This document shows positions 38,401-52,732 of a stretch of 64,000 nucleotides of DNA, one piece after another. The translations under genes were made by a program, and so were the position numbers. This stretch comes from Camelus dromedarius (Eukaryota): positions 22,260,001 through 22,324,000 of the forward strand of contig NC_087436.1 in the NCBI RefSeq assembly GCF_036321535.1, given 5' to 3'. The first letter of the stretch is position 1, and every line of letters begins with the position of its first letter. A model generated the notes under the pieces. The model was given only the letters and a program-made list of their open reading frames with translations, was not told the origin of the DNA and did not search any database.

Positions 38401-41400
38401 TAATATGTGTTCTGAGCACTTCAAATGGATAGAATTCTTTAAGATTTTTTTCTTTTTTAATCTAGTGGCCTCATTCCTAGTTCAGTTTTATGACATAACC
38501 CTTGCATTTACTATTTCTCACTTTCCATTCTTGATATCTTACTCGATTTTATGTATCCATTTAAACTGCCTTAAATTCATTTTAAAACAAGGCATGGTGT
38601 AAATACTTCAGAATAAAAATCACATAAAATATTCCATACCTGCTGTGCTCAAGGCTCTTTCTAAATCTGCTCTTAGCACTGGTCAAATCAGGTTGAATAA
38701 TACTGACCTATAGTTTTTTTCAAATTGCAAAAAAAAAAAAAAAAAAAACTAGTCTGACATATAAAAATCTGAATGTATAGATTTTCAAACTGATGTCTGT
38801 CTTCTTAACTATTTGAGAAGATAATGGCATTATATTTTTGTGTGCTTCAGAGTTTGCAAATCACCTTGACTGCTCTCTTGCTCTGGATAATAATAAGAGT
38901 ACAGTAGGTATCATCTGTTGTGCTGTTTCTCTTCCCTAATTTAATTTTATAACATAAATTCAGAGATGGAATCTTTATAACAGATAGTTTTATTTGATTT
39001 TGTGATAAAGATTTTTTTTCTCTTGGGAAGACTAAAACAAAAGTGAGAAAAAGGCATATTACAGCTGTCAAGAGATACTATTTTTGCCAGAAAAGGAGAG
39101 GGAAAATGCCTTCCTCTTCACAAGACTGAATTGATTTTACAGCAGCTGCTCCTGAAATAGATATATTTATTGAAAACTCCTACTTATCTCTAGTCCCTTT
39201 AAAAAAAAAAAAAACATTTTTCCTATAAGAAAACAAAAACCTCACATGAGTATGTGCAAGGGACATATAATCAAATATTACACGATCATAAGGTCAAAAG
39301 GCAACTGAGGCAGCTGTGTAGACGTGCCGTGGGTTCAGCTTGACCGCGTGCGAAATGTGTAGAAAGCCCAAACTCCAGCCAGCATTTGCCGAGTTCAGCC
39401 TTTTTCCTCTGCGGTTGGATTACATAAATATAATTTTACCACGCACGCTAATAACTTTAAAGTTGCTAATGAATTATGTTGTTCCTGAACAGAGTACAGA
39501 TATCCTAGATAATTGGAAATTAATTCTAAATCAGGAGGCTTTTGCAGGGGGTTGGGGTTAAAACAAATCTTTTTTTTTTTTTTTTTAGAAAGTAATACAA
39601 TTTGATATTCATGCAGTCAAATGATAACCTCCCCAAAATGCAATCCTTCAAGTTCTTTTATAAATGAAAACTCTGTGTTACTGAGGTTGTAGTCTCAGAT
39701 CATAATGGAAAATGGAAACTGTTTCATTTCTGTGTAGGGCAAGGTGAAAGAAAGAATGTCATGTTTTTTCACAGTCTGCTTTTTGTAGTTTTATGATAAA
39801 TGTGTGTATGTTTATTTTGCTACCTTTGCCCACATCTCTTGAATAATAAAAGAAGGAAACACTAACAATCATGGTGTGGATGCTGGGATGAAAGGAAAAT
39901 GAAAAATAGTCCATCTTCTAAAAGGCTTTAAGCATTTGGGGATGTTGGTATATTAGTGCTAATGAAAATGAATTTATGTCTGTGTATTTTTTTAGCTTGA
40001 AGCTTAATTTAAAACTGAGTCATTGCCTTTTGAATACCTTACCTCCCAATAAATGTTAAAATAGCATTAGCACATTTTGATAATATGCTGGTGACCTCTG
40101 CTTGTTTATTCCTGAAGTTTGATTAGTAATGGAAGCAAAATGTTAATTTAACTCATTTTATCAAAATCAAGAAAAAAACAAAACCAAAAGATCTGGAAAG
40201 AATCTGGACCTATCTGTGTGGAAGTTTGAGGGGGAAAAAAGAAGCTTTCTGATTTATGTAGAGTTTGATGAGGTGAACTTTCATCTCTCATGGACCCTTG
40301 GCCAGGGATGGCGAGGGTCTTCAGGCAGGTAGGGCTTTTTGCTCCCTGCAGAGGCAAGCCTTCTGCTTGTGCAGATCATCTGGGCTGAATATTTCCCCCA
40401 GCAGCTAAAAGAGAAAATTGCTGCAAGGAAGACAGATAGTCTGTACTCCCCATAGACGCCTATTTCTCCTCCAAAGAAAATGCTGAGCAATCTGATATGC
40501 TTGCCATGCCCCTCAAAAAATAAATAAATTACTACTGAAGCAGCATTCTTCTTCACATATAAATGGCACCTGTTGCACCGTTATCCTCGTGAGGTCTTAA
40601 ATCTCCATTGGTACCAGCATACCTCAGAGCAAAATATAGAATTTCAGCTTAGGTCAAACATTTTATTGAAGAATCTGAACAAGTATAGTTAGCATTGTTT
40701 TGTCCATTTCTGTCAAGATACATACCTGAGGTCTGCAATATGTTTTCCTGCTGAATCGGTGTGGGAAGGGAAGCAAGGTGTCTTCTAGTCCAACAGCTGG
40801 CAGTATCTTACATTAATGAGTATATGCCCAAGAAAGTAATTACTTTTTAATCTAGATACTGTTTGGAAGTCTATGCTAGCCCTAGGGTTTTCAGCGGAAG
40901 GCTCTGTACTTGAACCTAATGTGACGGTGGGTCATAGCAGACACTCTGGAGTAAGAAAGGACATTCCTTCCTCGAGTCTGAGCTGATTCCACTGTGAGAA
41001 GATGTGCTTCTTTGAGCAACAGTGGGAATGTATACAGAATTACTGGAGCAAGGTTAGACCTCTGTGTTTGAGGAAATAGTCTAATGCCACTTCAGAGAAA
41101 GCTACTTTTCTTTGGCACAGTGAATTTGACAGCCTTGCAAGACTCATAATCCAAATAAAAGAAGTGAAATGAAAAAGGAAATTGCAATGAACTTTTTTTT
41201 GATATCGCTCTGACTTCCTTTAGAGGCCAAAGATATAGATATTAAGCAATACATATTATATATAAATGATTTAATATTTGCTTTGTTTAGACCTAATTTG
41301 ATCTTGGTTGTAAATTACACTTTCATTCAGATAACCCAGTCATTATGACTCCGGAAAGATATACCCATTCTTACACTAATGTTTCAGCCACTACGTTTAA

Positions 41401-41679
41401 TATTAAGGAAAAACAAATTCCACTGCACTATTTCAGTGAAATGAGACAAATGGAGAAAAGAAAAAGAACCATATGTTGACACATCAACTTCCCCCAAATA
41501 TGTCAGATGCTTACTTCGCTCATTATTTTCACGGGTTGGTGAAGGACCACAAGGTTTTGGTACAGAAGAAAACATTGTTTTTCAAGCCTTGATTGTCACT
41601 CTCCTAAAAGTCAGGTTTCAAACTACTTTCATTTCCATGCACTTGTAATGCTTCGTATTTATGATGTTTTAAGACTGCA

Positions 41680-42200
41680 ACATTTGGAAAGGACTTTAGA
41701 GATGACCTAGTGACCCTGCCAACCAAGGCAGGAATTCTTTATACAACACCCCTGACAGGTTGTCAGCTAACCTTTACTTGCACATGTCCAATAGCAGGGA
41801 GGCTGTTGTTTGTGTATCAACCCATTCTGTAGTTGGACAGCTATACCTTTTATAAAATTTACCTACATGTTTAGCCAAAATCTGTCACTCTGTGACTTCC
41901 AATCATTAATCCTTTCATCTGCCTGGATCAACATAGAGTAAGTCAGTCTATCCTTCCTTTTGTCGGCCCGCAAGTGTTTGAAGATGGTTGCTGTGTTCTG
42001 CTTAATTGTTTAAGTTCCTTCTAAGATGTAAAATTAGATGTAACTCCTTCTGCCCTGCCAGAAATCTAATGCCACCAGCTCTCAATCCTTTTTTTCATTT
42101 TTAACACCTTTTTATAAATAATAATACAGAATTACAAGCAAAACTGGACACCATGTTCTAAATGTAATATGAAGAACACAAAGCAAAATAGGATGAAAGT
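41680..42200 (-). mobile_element. CR1/L3 fragment
   Basis: 'ggaaaggactttagagatgacctagt...cccattctgtagttggacagct...aactggacaccatgttcta'. Confidence 0.65.
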
Positions 42201-42207
42201 CTGCATG

Positions 42208-42255
42208 TCCTTCCCTCCCTCCCTCCCTCCTTCCTTCTTTTTTTCTTCCCTCCTT
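42208..42255. repeat. (CCCT)n/(CCTT)n pyrimidine tract
   Basis: Directly visible. Confidence 0.85.
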
Positions 42256-42450
42256 TATATAGTGCTTACTATGTACCAGGCACTTTTCTAAGCACTTGAC
42301 AAGTACTGACTTCCCTAAACCTTATTTTAACCCTAAGGACTAAGTCTTAAAATGAGGAAACAGTCCCAGAGGAGCTAAGTGATTTGCTCGATGCCTTACA
42401 GCTAGGGAGCGGTGTGAGGCCATCTGACTCCAGGTCCCTGCTTCTAAAAG
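42256..42450 (-). mobile_element. MIR SINE
   Basis: 'agtgcttactatgtaccaggcacttttctaagcact...aatgaggaaacagtcccagaggagctaagtgatttgc'. Confidence 0.8.
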
Positions 42451-45400
42451 CCTAGGCTGTCTCTCTTGATCTGTATTTATCTCTTTGTTCTTGAGTCTGT
42501 AAATCGCATGACCTTTATAACAGAATGTTGTCTCAGTGTGTCATAAATTGAAGCATGTAGTCCTTTGTCATATGTATTGCAGCCTAGCAAGGTTTCTCCT
42601 GAGCTCTCCTGGGGTAATTGATATTTTGCAATGAAATATAAATGCATATATTTTTAAGCTTGTCCACCTTACCCTGGGATAAGTATGGTGGCCTGAATAA
42701 TTATGGTGGCCACATTATATATTTTCTGTGCTTTAAAAAATGAGACTGAGTTTTATAATAGAACATATTTCTGAACAATGATATCTAACTAATGGGTAAT
42801 TTAAGGGCTCTTAAACCAAAAATCTATATAAATAAGTAAATAAGTGAATATTTAAAAGAGAAATTTCATGGAGGCAGTCTTTCTGGGCAGAGTAAAATAC
42901 CTACATTGAAAAATCATTCAAAGTACAAACCCAAAATTTATCCATGTGTACATAGCGTGTAGCGATCTGGGACCAGTTTGTGGTTGATCCTTGGCCTCAC
43001 CAGACCACAGAGTCTTGACCAAGTTTGCAAGTTGGTTAAATAGACAATTTGGACTTGGTTCAAGTTCACTTCAGTTCCCCACTGAGCAAGCAGTGCCGGG
43101 ATGCCAAAGAAAACAGGGTAGCAGTGAGGAGCTGCAACTACGTGGGACCTGCCAGTTCCTTTTCCTCATAAAGGCTCACCCAAAATACAAGGGGGCCGGG
43201 GAGTGAAGTGAGCAGTCAGACCCCTGAGCTAGCTCAGTTTGGTGCCATTGGTGGGGTGGAGCCGTGTCTCCCTCAAGGGTCTACTTACCACCACAGAAGG
43301 CAAATTTACGGCATGATGATGACCTACTTTGCTCTGTTTCTTTTGCAACATGGAGCCTACACAGGCTGTTCTTGGTTGACTACAACCCTATTAATTGTTC
43401 CTACAAAAGTATTCCACTCTATTCCGGGTCATTATTCCACTATGGCAGAAGTCATTAACCATAAGGAATAGGTGGTTCTGATGACTTTCACATGTTAAAA
43501 AAGGAAGCATTTTTTGATTGCATATTATTTACTGACCGCCATGTTTCATGTTACAGATATATGTGAATATGGTATGTTTCTTGTCCTCAAAAAGCTTCAG
43601 AGCCTTTTGGGAGAGAATTGCATACAAATAAATAATGATGGATTAAGTTTTTTATGATATTATGTATAAACTGCTTTTGGAAACATAGATAAGGGCACAG
43701 TTAATTCCCTAGTAACTGGTAGGGGGAGTGTGGGGCACTGTCGGAGCCTCAAAGAGGAGGTGGCCTTTGTGTTGGTATTATGAGACAGGTAAATTAAGGA
43801 AGGACATATTCCACCTGCAAGAGACATTGATGCTTCTTTTTTAAACAAAAAGCTATTAATTACTCTAGAATTTTTAGTATGTTTTGCTAGTGGCCTAAGA
43901 TTGACACATTTTGACAGTAAATATTAAAAGTAGGTTACTTTATCAAGTTACGATTTCTGAGGAAGCAATGACCCAAAGAAAAGCTAGAAACATGACTTGT
44001 ATAAGTGTCCAGGTTTAGGAGCCCTTATGCCTCCACAAATACATCATTTCCTCGATGATTTCTAACTTGCCTGCACTTTCGCCCCTTTATAACTGGCTTC
44101 CTTACATCGAGGCAACCACGACAGTATTTCTGGGCTAGAAGTCGTGACACAAACAAAAACTTAATCTCTCGCATTAGTGTTAGTGTTAGTTGACCTCCCT
44201 CCAATACTTGTAAACATCATTGCTACTCAACCCAAATGAACCTCCATCCTTTATTCCAAGAATGAGGAAAAGCTTGTGTGAGAGCCAGACAGCTGGCAAC
44301 AGATAATCGTAATCCACTTTTGCCTAAGAACACCCCCCCATTTAATACTAGATTAATTAGTTTTATTTAAAAGACTACTTTTCCAAAATTGAATTTCATT
44401 TTAGTTTTTCTATTTTGTGTTTAAAAATCTCAAACTGTTCTTGTTCTTCAGTTCCTCATTCATAATTGCCAGGCGAGAGTGGTGTAAGAATTCTTTAACT
44501 TTAAATGGCTGCTTTAAGCATCATACTGAACTGGAGAGTAGCTAGTCTCACGTACTACTGTTTGCTGTTGGAACAGAGAACAGATTAGACCTAAAATAGC
44601 TTCCTCAAAGATGCTCAAGGAAAAAAATAATAATAAACGAGCACCATCTGAGAAATAATAGCTCAGTGATAGAGTGATGTTTATTTTTAAACCATTTGTG
44701 AATGGGACACAGGGGGTTAGTTAGAAATGTCTCCTTTCTGTTATTTATTTGTACTGTTTTTAAGAACTGAAGAGACATTATCTCATCAACCTTAAAGTGT
44801 ATATGAGAATCAGATAAAAGATAGACAATAACTTTCCTGTTTGACCAAGACCTGCTTTGCTGTATGAACTTGGGGTTCATACAGTATTTACCATGACCAC
44901 CTCTGTCTTTAAAGCCCAGAGTCCATGTGTACCTCAGAGCTGTGTGTATCATTATAACTATCAGGAAGGACTGCAAAGTCTGACTCTTTTTTTAGGTGCT
45001 TCTTAGAAATCAGTGATTGTCAGTATTAATAGTGGTCTCTTTAACCATCAATCCAACTTTAATGCACTATGCTATTGAAAATGGGTTAGTTAAATACTGC
45101 TGTGGTTCCTGTGACTTTGGAATTACAGGTGCACAGAGTGGGTCCGCAAGAAATATCAATTGAAATAATGAGACAAAGTTAAGAATCTAGAAGGTTCAGA
45201 CTCGGTATACACTCGTATGTGCTTGGTCACTCTTACATCACAAAACACCTTAATAAGCAATCCGTAGCTAGTGATGGTAGTTAGGATCAGGTGACTGTGA
45301 AGCATCCACACAAATGCAGTAGAGCGGACCTTTCTGAATAAGGCAGTACAGATAGAAAGACCTTCATCTCCTCCCTTTTTACAGACAGTGCGTAATAAAG

Positions 45401-48400
45401 ACTAAGTGTCCCTTATGTCCATTGTTATCTCCACTCCCTGAATACCCGGTGCTCAACAATGCCATTATCTGTCTGTGGATATGTTTAAGCATGAGTTAGG
45501 AATCCTTTGTGACTATCCAGCCTCCGATGATCACAGCACTAGTTTTAGTAATATATCAGAAAGTATTCAAATAAATGTGGCAGATCCTTAATCCGGGCAA
45601 GCAGACACCCACAATTAAGTTAATTCTCAATAAAAGAGAAAAAGAAAAAAAAGGGACTTTCTGGACTGTCTGTGGCATGACTGGTTTTTGTGTTACCGTG
45701 AGTGTGCACAGTGAGCTGTCTCAGCCTCTGTGTTTTCAGCCCCAGGGGCAATCTCTGTCCCTGTCGTTGTGCACCATCTCCCTCTAAGCAGCACAACGGG
45801 GACAGCAGAACCCACTTCAGTCTCAGTTTTAGTTTAATTCCCAACTGGAACTTGGAATGAGGCCGTAATGAACTTGAACTTGCAGCAGTGATGATCTCAT
45901 CCATGCATAGAAAAGCGTTCAGATATAGTAGCAGTGTTTCCAGAAACTGCTCTGAAGGCATCCAGTCCTGCAGGAGCAGCTGAAAACCAGTGTTCTGGCT
46001 TCCCATGTTATTACACGGAGCACAGGGCAGACAGCAAGGTTTTGCTGTATTTTACTTTATATATAACAGGATGACAGAACAGCATATACCATGATCAGAG
46101 GATTCTTCAGTGACCTATAGAACAACCTTTCCATCAGAAGTTTCTAAATTAACTCATAAAACATCAGCAGTGTTATCTGAAGAAAATACATGAAGGCAAA
46201 GGTTGATAATGTATAATATTGCACTAAATATATTTAGGGATATGTTGATTAGAATTATAAAATATTTCTTTAAAAAAGAACAGATCTCCCCAGTGTCCAA
46301 ATAGCTCCCCAAGACCATTTAGGCTTCTAAGAAGACACAGTCATTCCTTCAGCTGTCAGGGACATCATTTAGTATTTTATCACTAAAGTACTAACTTACA
46401 TTTTGTGGACATAAATGAATGATGGTTCCTTCTTATGCATTTAATAGGCCAGAATTCAAGTAGGAGGAAGTTAAGCTTCTGCTGGATGAGAGAATGGTTA
46501 CTGGAGTTTATGTCACCAGGTAAAAATGGACACAAGAAAGACCTGAATTGGGGTTCTTACTGTATCATTTTTGCTCTCTGGTAGACATGGGTAGTTCTCA
46601 ACTCACTATCTTCCCACAATTTTCTACATCCATGTTATCTTTTCCATGATTTCCTAAAGAGAAATCGAAAGATTCAGGTAAATACTGAGTTAAACATTCA
46701 GGCGTATCTAAAGTGTTTCCTGAGAAGCTGGACCAAGACTACAGGTACCATTTTAACTTTTCTCTTTGTGAGAATGTGGTGGCCCGCCCTTGGGACAAAG
46801 CATGTAAGTCAGGATCACTCCTGTTTCTTAGTAAGACACCAGTGTTGGCACCACTACCAGCAATGTCTAGAAACATACAGATTTTCTTTCTGTTGATAAC
46901 ACAGAATGTTAACATCCACTTAGTACCTGCTTTGGACCAGCCAATACTATTTCTCACCAGATTCCCTCTCCTGACTGCCTCCTGGAGGCCAATCCTCTGT
47001 GTAGCAGTCCCTGTTGATGTTGAAACATACAGCCGAATCTTATTTATACACAGTCAGTTCTTCATGATCCCTTAACCAGTTTTTTGACAACTGGCTTTCA
47101 GTGCATTATCTGCTTTTATATAGGGGAAGGAATTAAAAGAGTGAAAGTCAGTATTCTAGCCATGTGGTTCTGGAACTCAACACCACCACCTGACTAAAAA
47201 TCATAAAATCAGCTCCTAGATCAATGGCACTTCACGTGGATATGACCCATGGACCTTTTTGTTAACTGATTTGTGGTTTGGAGATATGGTGCATGGATGG
47301 TCTTCCATATTTCTTAAAATTTTGCCTTTTAATGAATCTTGCAAGTCGTCATTTATTAATTTGGCCATAAAATAAATTCCTACCTATTGATAAATTCACC
47401 TTTCTGGAAAGAAATGTATTTAATGTCCACCACGTAACCACAAAACCCGTATTTTAGGCAAGTGCAGCTATTGTAAAGTCTTGGGTATCAATCATAGCTT
47501 ATATGGTTGGTTTTATTGCTCATATTGCTTTACTTTATGTTTTGCCTTCAGAATTTGTCACCCACAACATGTACTTCTTGATGTGATCTCAGCTGCTGCT
47601 GTTGCCTTTTAATACCATGTTTCCCTCCTGGCCTCTTGTCCTTTGACTCCCATCCACCAGTCCACTTAAACTGGTCAGTTGCACATCGCTGATTACTGCC
47701 TCCTTGCCAAAGCCACTGACATAAATAACAATCTTATTTTTATGAGATACTCTTTCTCAAACTTGAGTCAGGTGTTGACCTCTTTCTGTAGAAATAATTG
47801 TTACATATCTTCCTTTCTGACATAAACTATTTTTAGTATGTTACTTACATGTGCCCAAACATAAAACCAGGTATAAACTCTCTATGCCTTTAACCATTAT
47901 ACAACTATAAAGCCAAAGCAAATGGACAGGTTACACAGAACAAAACTGACAAAATTTGAGTCAGTGCAATTCTTTTCCTGTGACACGAGACTGTTTTGCC
48001 GAAGTTATGTTGCAGGTGACAGCAGTTCAGTTTGCCTGTACTTTCTGTGCTGTACGACATAGTTCTCCCATCACTGTTTTTTAATGAGTATAAAAACTTC
48101 TGGGTAGCATCTGCAGTTATTTCATTATTTTATTATTTCATGCTCTCCCCAGAACATTATGACTGTACCAGGCAATACTGTACTTACTATTCTCTCACTG
48201 CCCGTGATGATGGTGTGTAAAAGTTGGGACCAGTGTAATCATAAACATGATACAGGGCTTAATTATTTGTCTGTTAAAAATCTGCTGTTTCTTCCCCTCA
48301 ACCTGTCTTTGGCTTTGACAAGCCGTCCTGGTCCTTTCTTGTTTGCGTCCCATCTTGGTTATTTCAATCTTCTTTTCCCTGGCTTTTCTGCTTCCAATTT

Positions 48401-48714
48401 CTCTACTTCAGTCTACCCTGCATCTTATTTTCAAAATAATTTTTCTAAAACCCAAGTATCGCATGTAGAATCATATGATCTTGTAATATCATTTTATCTC
48501 CTCTCATCTCTTTGTTAGACCATGCCCTCCCTGTTTCTCTCACTCAACTTGTCACCAATTCTTTGCATAAATACATGTCCCTACATGCTCGCTGAGCAAA
48601 CATGAAACAAATACACTGAACACCACAAATCTTTGCCTCTGCCTTTTTTCTTTTCAGTTCTTTTTAATATTGTGTCCTTTTACTGAGATGCCCCCGCTCC
48701 TTCCTGCCATCTAA

Positions 48715-48779
48715 CTCCTGCTGGGGCAGTAGGCATAAACTGGGGCTATCCCAGGCAAACGGGGATGTGTGGTCACCTG
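48715..48779. mobile_element. MER94-like hAT-Blackjack fragment
   Basis: 'aggcataaactggggctatcccaggcaaacggggatgtgtggtcacct'. Confidence 0.7.
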
Positions 48780-48959
48780 AAGCCTAAGCCCACACTGAGA
48801 ACCTTAGACTGAAAGCCTCTGTTTCACGTATGGCAATGCTACTTGTTTTTCTCTAATCACCCTGGGTATGTTGGGCTGCCCTAGGTCGACTGTAAGGCCA
48901 CGTATGCAGGTACTAAAATCTACACAGTTTCTTGCACGATGCAGAATGTAGAAAAGGAA

Positions 48960-49190
48960 AGTGCAACACAGTTATTATGAGTGTTAGGAGTCAGAAGGAA
49001 CTGGATTCAAATTCTGTCTCTACCTCTTATTACCAGTGTACACTTGGATATTTACCTAATATTTCTGAGCGTTCCCATTTGCAGAATGGATCTCTGTATA
49101 CCTCACAGTAGTGGTGTCAAGGTTAAAGGAGATCAGTGGGGTGAAGTGATTGGCATTGGTGAAATAGTCTGTACTCAATACGTGGCGACC
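48960..49190 (+). mobile_element. MIR SINE
   Basis: 'ggagtcagaaggaactggattcaaattct...cccatttgcagaatgg...aaggttaaaggagat'. Confidence 0.75.
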
Positions 49191-49629
49191 CTTCTTACTA
49201 ACTTTCTATAAGCTTAGTTGTTGCTTTATGAATGAATGTTCTAGGAACCCATCCATTTGTTTTCTTCCTTCCTGGAATTCTCAGTGGTTTGTAAGCTGCC
49301 AGAACAGCAGCAGCAGCCACAGTGGCAGATTCAGAAAGGCTAATTTTTTACACCATAATTATCTAGAAGAAGGCACCAAAGCACTGTAGGGATTTCTAAA
49401 GAACAGTGAGATCACGATGAGTCATATGTGGATGGTCTCCCGCTCTGCTCCCTCCCAGTCCCCGGGGCATTTCTCCACCAAATGTGCTCGACACCTTGTC
49501 CCCACAACGTGAAAAACCTGAAGAGTGAGAAAGGACCCCTTCCTCTCTATTAGGGATGAGGCACGAGAGACGATGCTGTTCCATTGTGTGGGAACTGAAG
49601 AATATCATTCATCTAATTGCTCTGTGCAC

Positions 49630-49765
49630 ATTCCCAGCTCCGCACCCCGTGGACCACTAATGAGACCCTGGTCCTCCTCTGGAGGCCTCCGCTTTCTCAT
49701 CTGCAAAATGAAAGGGTTGGACCAGGGGATCTCTAAGGTTCCCTTCTAGCACCGACAGTCTGAGT
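49630..49765 (+). mobile_element. MIR3/MIRc-like fragment
   Basis: 'gcctccgctttctcatctgcaaaatgaaagggttggaccaggggatctctaaggttcccttctagc'. Confidence 0.75.
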
Positions 49766-52327
49766 TGAAGAAAAGCTTTAAGCAATTTAGAGGAAGCCTC
49801 AACAAGAGAAGAGTAGAAAAAAATACCCTTTTTCTAAGCTCTGCGTCTTTGTGTCTTGCTCAATTGAACAGAAGAGAGTCGATACAGAATGTGATTCCTG
49901 ACTGATGTGTAACAAAGCGCAAACCAAACGGACAGAAAAAGAAATTGTGGGGCCCTTAGTTTTCTCTTGGTGCTACTAGAACGAAACTACTGACACATTT
50001 TTTTTTATTTTAATCAAAAAAGTTAACTCTAAGCAATTACTACGGTTGGCTCTGAGTGATATTTTGTACTCTCCCTGGTAGCCATCTGTTTGGCAAACAG
50101 CACAGCCATTTCAAGAATTATTTCAGAAAATGGTTGCAAGTGTCAGAAATAATGGCTCTGTTAGACTCAGTTTGATTATCTGATCAGTGTAGTTACAAAA
50201 GAGGACAGAGAAGGCAAATAAAAGTATTTGACATAAAATACTCTCTCCTGGGTCTTATGATTTATAATTGCTACTTCTGTCTATTATTGTTAAAAGGCAG
50301 GTTCAAGATGTTGCTTCACCCCATCCGCCCATCTTATATATATGTTTTTTTTCTCCCATTTATTTCTGTTTCATTTGCTTTACACCAGACCTTTGTTACA
50401 TTTTACCTGGACCACTGCTGTAGTCTCTTGACTGTTCTTTCCTCTAGTCCCTCACTTTCCAATCTATTTCACACATTCCTCCCAAAGAGTTTTTCCTGAA
50501 GTTCAACACCAGTCATGTCACTCCGTCTGTGTAGAGAGTAACGTTAAAGTACTTTAGCCTGGAATTTAGAGGCTTCCGTCATTTCAGGATCAGTCAACTT
50601 TTTCTATGTGATTGCCCCCTTCTCTTTCTTTTTATTCTTAGATTGTAATCAGTTCAAACTTTTTATTGAAGGTACAAAGTAGGTACTCAAAAAATATTCC
50701 TTGGATAAATGTGTAAATAAGAAGTCCTGTTTGAGTTTTTAGCTCAGCATTTCTCCATCTTATTTCATCACAGATATCTTAGAAAATATTATTTTCATGG
50801 CATTGTATTCTGTATCCTTAAAGGGGCTTGAGAGGTACAGTTCAAAAAGGGAAATTAATCAAGATCCGTGGTCTATTGACTATAGTACCAAAACAATTTT
50901 TAAAAGGAAAAGAAATACTCAGCACTGAACAGAAAAACAAGGGGAAGTATCCACCTGTATCAGCAGAAGATAGCTGGGTATCTTTTAAGATCATGTATTA
51001 ACTCGGGGCAAATACTGAAGTTCTGGGAAGCCAGTTGTAAGGCTTCCCCAGTGGCCATAATCAGAAAAGCATGTTGGACACAAAATCAAGTATCAGATAA
51101 TTAAAGTCATTAGCAGTATTAGAAATTAAAAAGGAAGCAGAACAATGCATTCTGGTGTCGTCACTTTGATGATGTGTGTTGATACCTGCTTCTAACTAGT
51201 CATTTTTATGTTTATATGATCATTGGAAGGCTTCAATCCAAAGAGCCATATGGAAAGACATCAGTTTGGGAGAAGCAGACACTGTTTTGAAATCTGTATG
51301 TGAATGTAAAGTGTAAACTCTTAGGACGTACATGACATTGGGCTTCAAAACTGTGTGCAAAGATGCTTCTTCAAGTACACTGCCAGCAGCAGAGATGGTG
51401 TCGTTTCTTATGACATTGATGGTTAGGTGATTAGAAATTCCATCTTGGCTTTATTTCTTTACTAAATAACTGATAATATCTTACATAAAATTTCCAGTTG
51501 TGTCACAAAGTGGAAAGAGATGAAGCTTCTCACTAGGTTATGTTTACCCTCCATTCCGTGTTCAGATGAGTCAGGGAATGCTTTGGTTAGTGGACTCCTA
51601 CTTTGTAAGGACTTTTTGATAAATAATGAGAGCTCCCCATTTTGTAGCTAGTCCTCAACCCATAAATATCTACTGTTTTTCTAAAAAAGAAAAAGATGAC
51701 CACCTATTCCATTTTCTTGAATCCTCTTCATAGTCCCTTTCCTCTGTGCCTCGAAGCATACTCACCTCACATATCCCAGAACAGATTCATCAATCCTGTT
51801 GACTCTTTGAAGGTCTGTGATATCTTTCTTCCTTCTTCTTTCCACCATCAAGGATCTGGACCCAGCAGTTGAAATAGAATAAAATGCTACCTTCCATTCT
51901 TTGCTGCTCATTTATCAGTTTGTCAGTTGGTTGCAAACTAATTTATCAGTTAGTTGCAAACTAATTTCTGTCTCTAAAATTCTACTGAAAGTCAAAGGCT
52001 ACAAGTCACATAATAATAGAGTGACCTTTATTTACTTTGCAACCTCCTTGCTCCAGCTGACATGATGGTTGAATTCTCTTTCTTTGAATCTGTGACTATA
52101 TGCTATGTCGTCGTCCATTGTCTGCCTCCTTCCTCCCTGGACTTCAAATGCAGGCATTCCCCAGAATTATACCATCAGCCCTCATCTCTGATTATCATAT
52201 AATCTTTACAGCCCACTATTTGCAGAAATTGTCCAAATGGATGGTATAGAATTGTGGTTTAGATCCTGTCTAGACCTACCTTTTATAGCAAATATCTAAA
52301 GTCTTGTATCAGACATATCATATTAAG

Positions 52328-52405
52328 CAGCATTTTATTTACAATAGCCAAGACATGGAAGTAACCTAAGTGTCCATCACAGATCACACACATACACACA
52401 CACAC

Positions 52406-52452
<47 letters not shown>

Positions 52453-52732
52453 CAGGAATACTATTCAGCCATGAAAAAGAATGTTTTTTTTTTTTTTTTT
52501 CCATTTCCAGCAACATGGATGGACTTGGAGGGCATTATGCTAAGCGAACAAACTAGTGGTTACAGTGGGGAGAGGGCGGGAAGGAGGGGCAATATATAGG
52601 TGGGAAGGAAAAAAGGTTTTATGGGATTGTATGAAATCATGTGTGTGAAACTTCTGAAAATTGTAAAGCAGTATAGAACTTAAAGAATCTTCCATTCAAT
52701 AAAAAATTAAAATGAAAAATCAAATTTAAAAA
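52328..52732 (+). mobile_element. 5'-truncated, internally deleted cetartiodactyl-type L1 3' end
   Basis: 'tttacaatagccaagacatggaagtaacctaagtgtccatc...caacatggatggacttggagggcattatgctaag', then AATAAA and an A-rich tail. Confidence 0.85.
52385..52452. repeat. (CA)n + (TAGA)n microsatellite inside L1
   Basis: Directly visible. Confidence 0.95.

Noticed and set aside
42958..43465. Possible ancient ERVL-type LTR (similar hint at 11780-12300)
   Set aside because: Too degraded to assign a family or ends by eye.
51923..51967. 23-bp-period tandem duplication (TCAGTTRGTTGCAAACTAATTT x2)
   Set aside because: Only two adjacent copies with no spacers; ordinary slippage, not an array.
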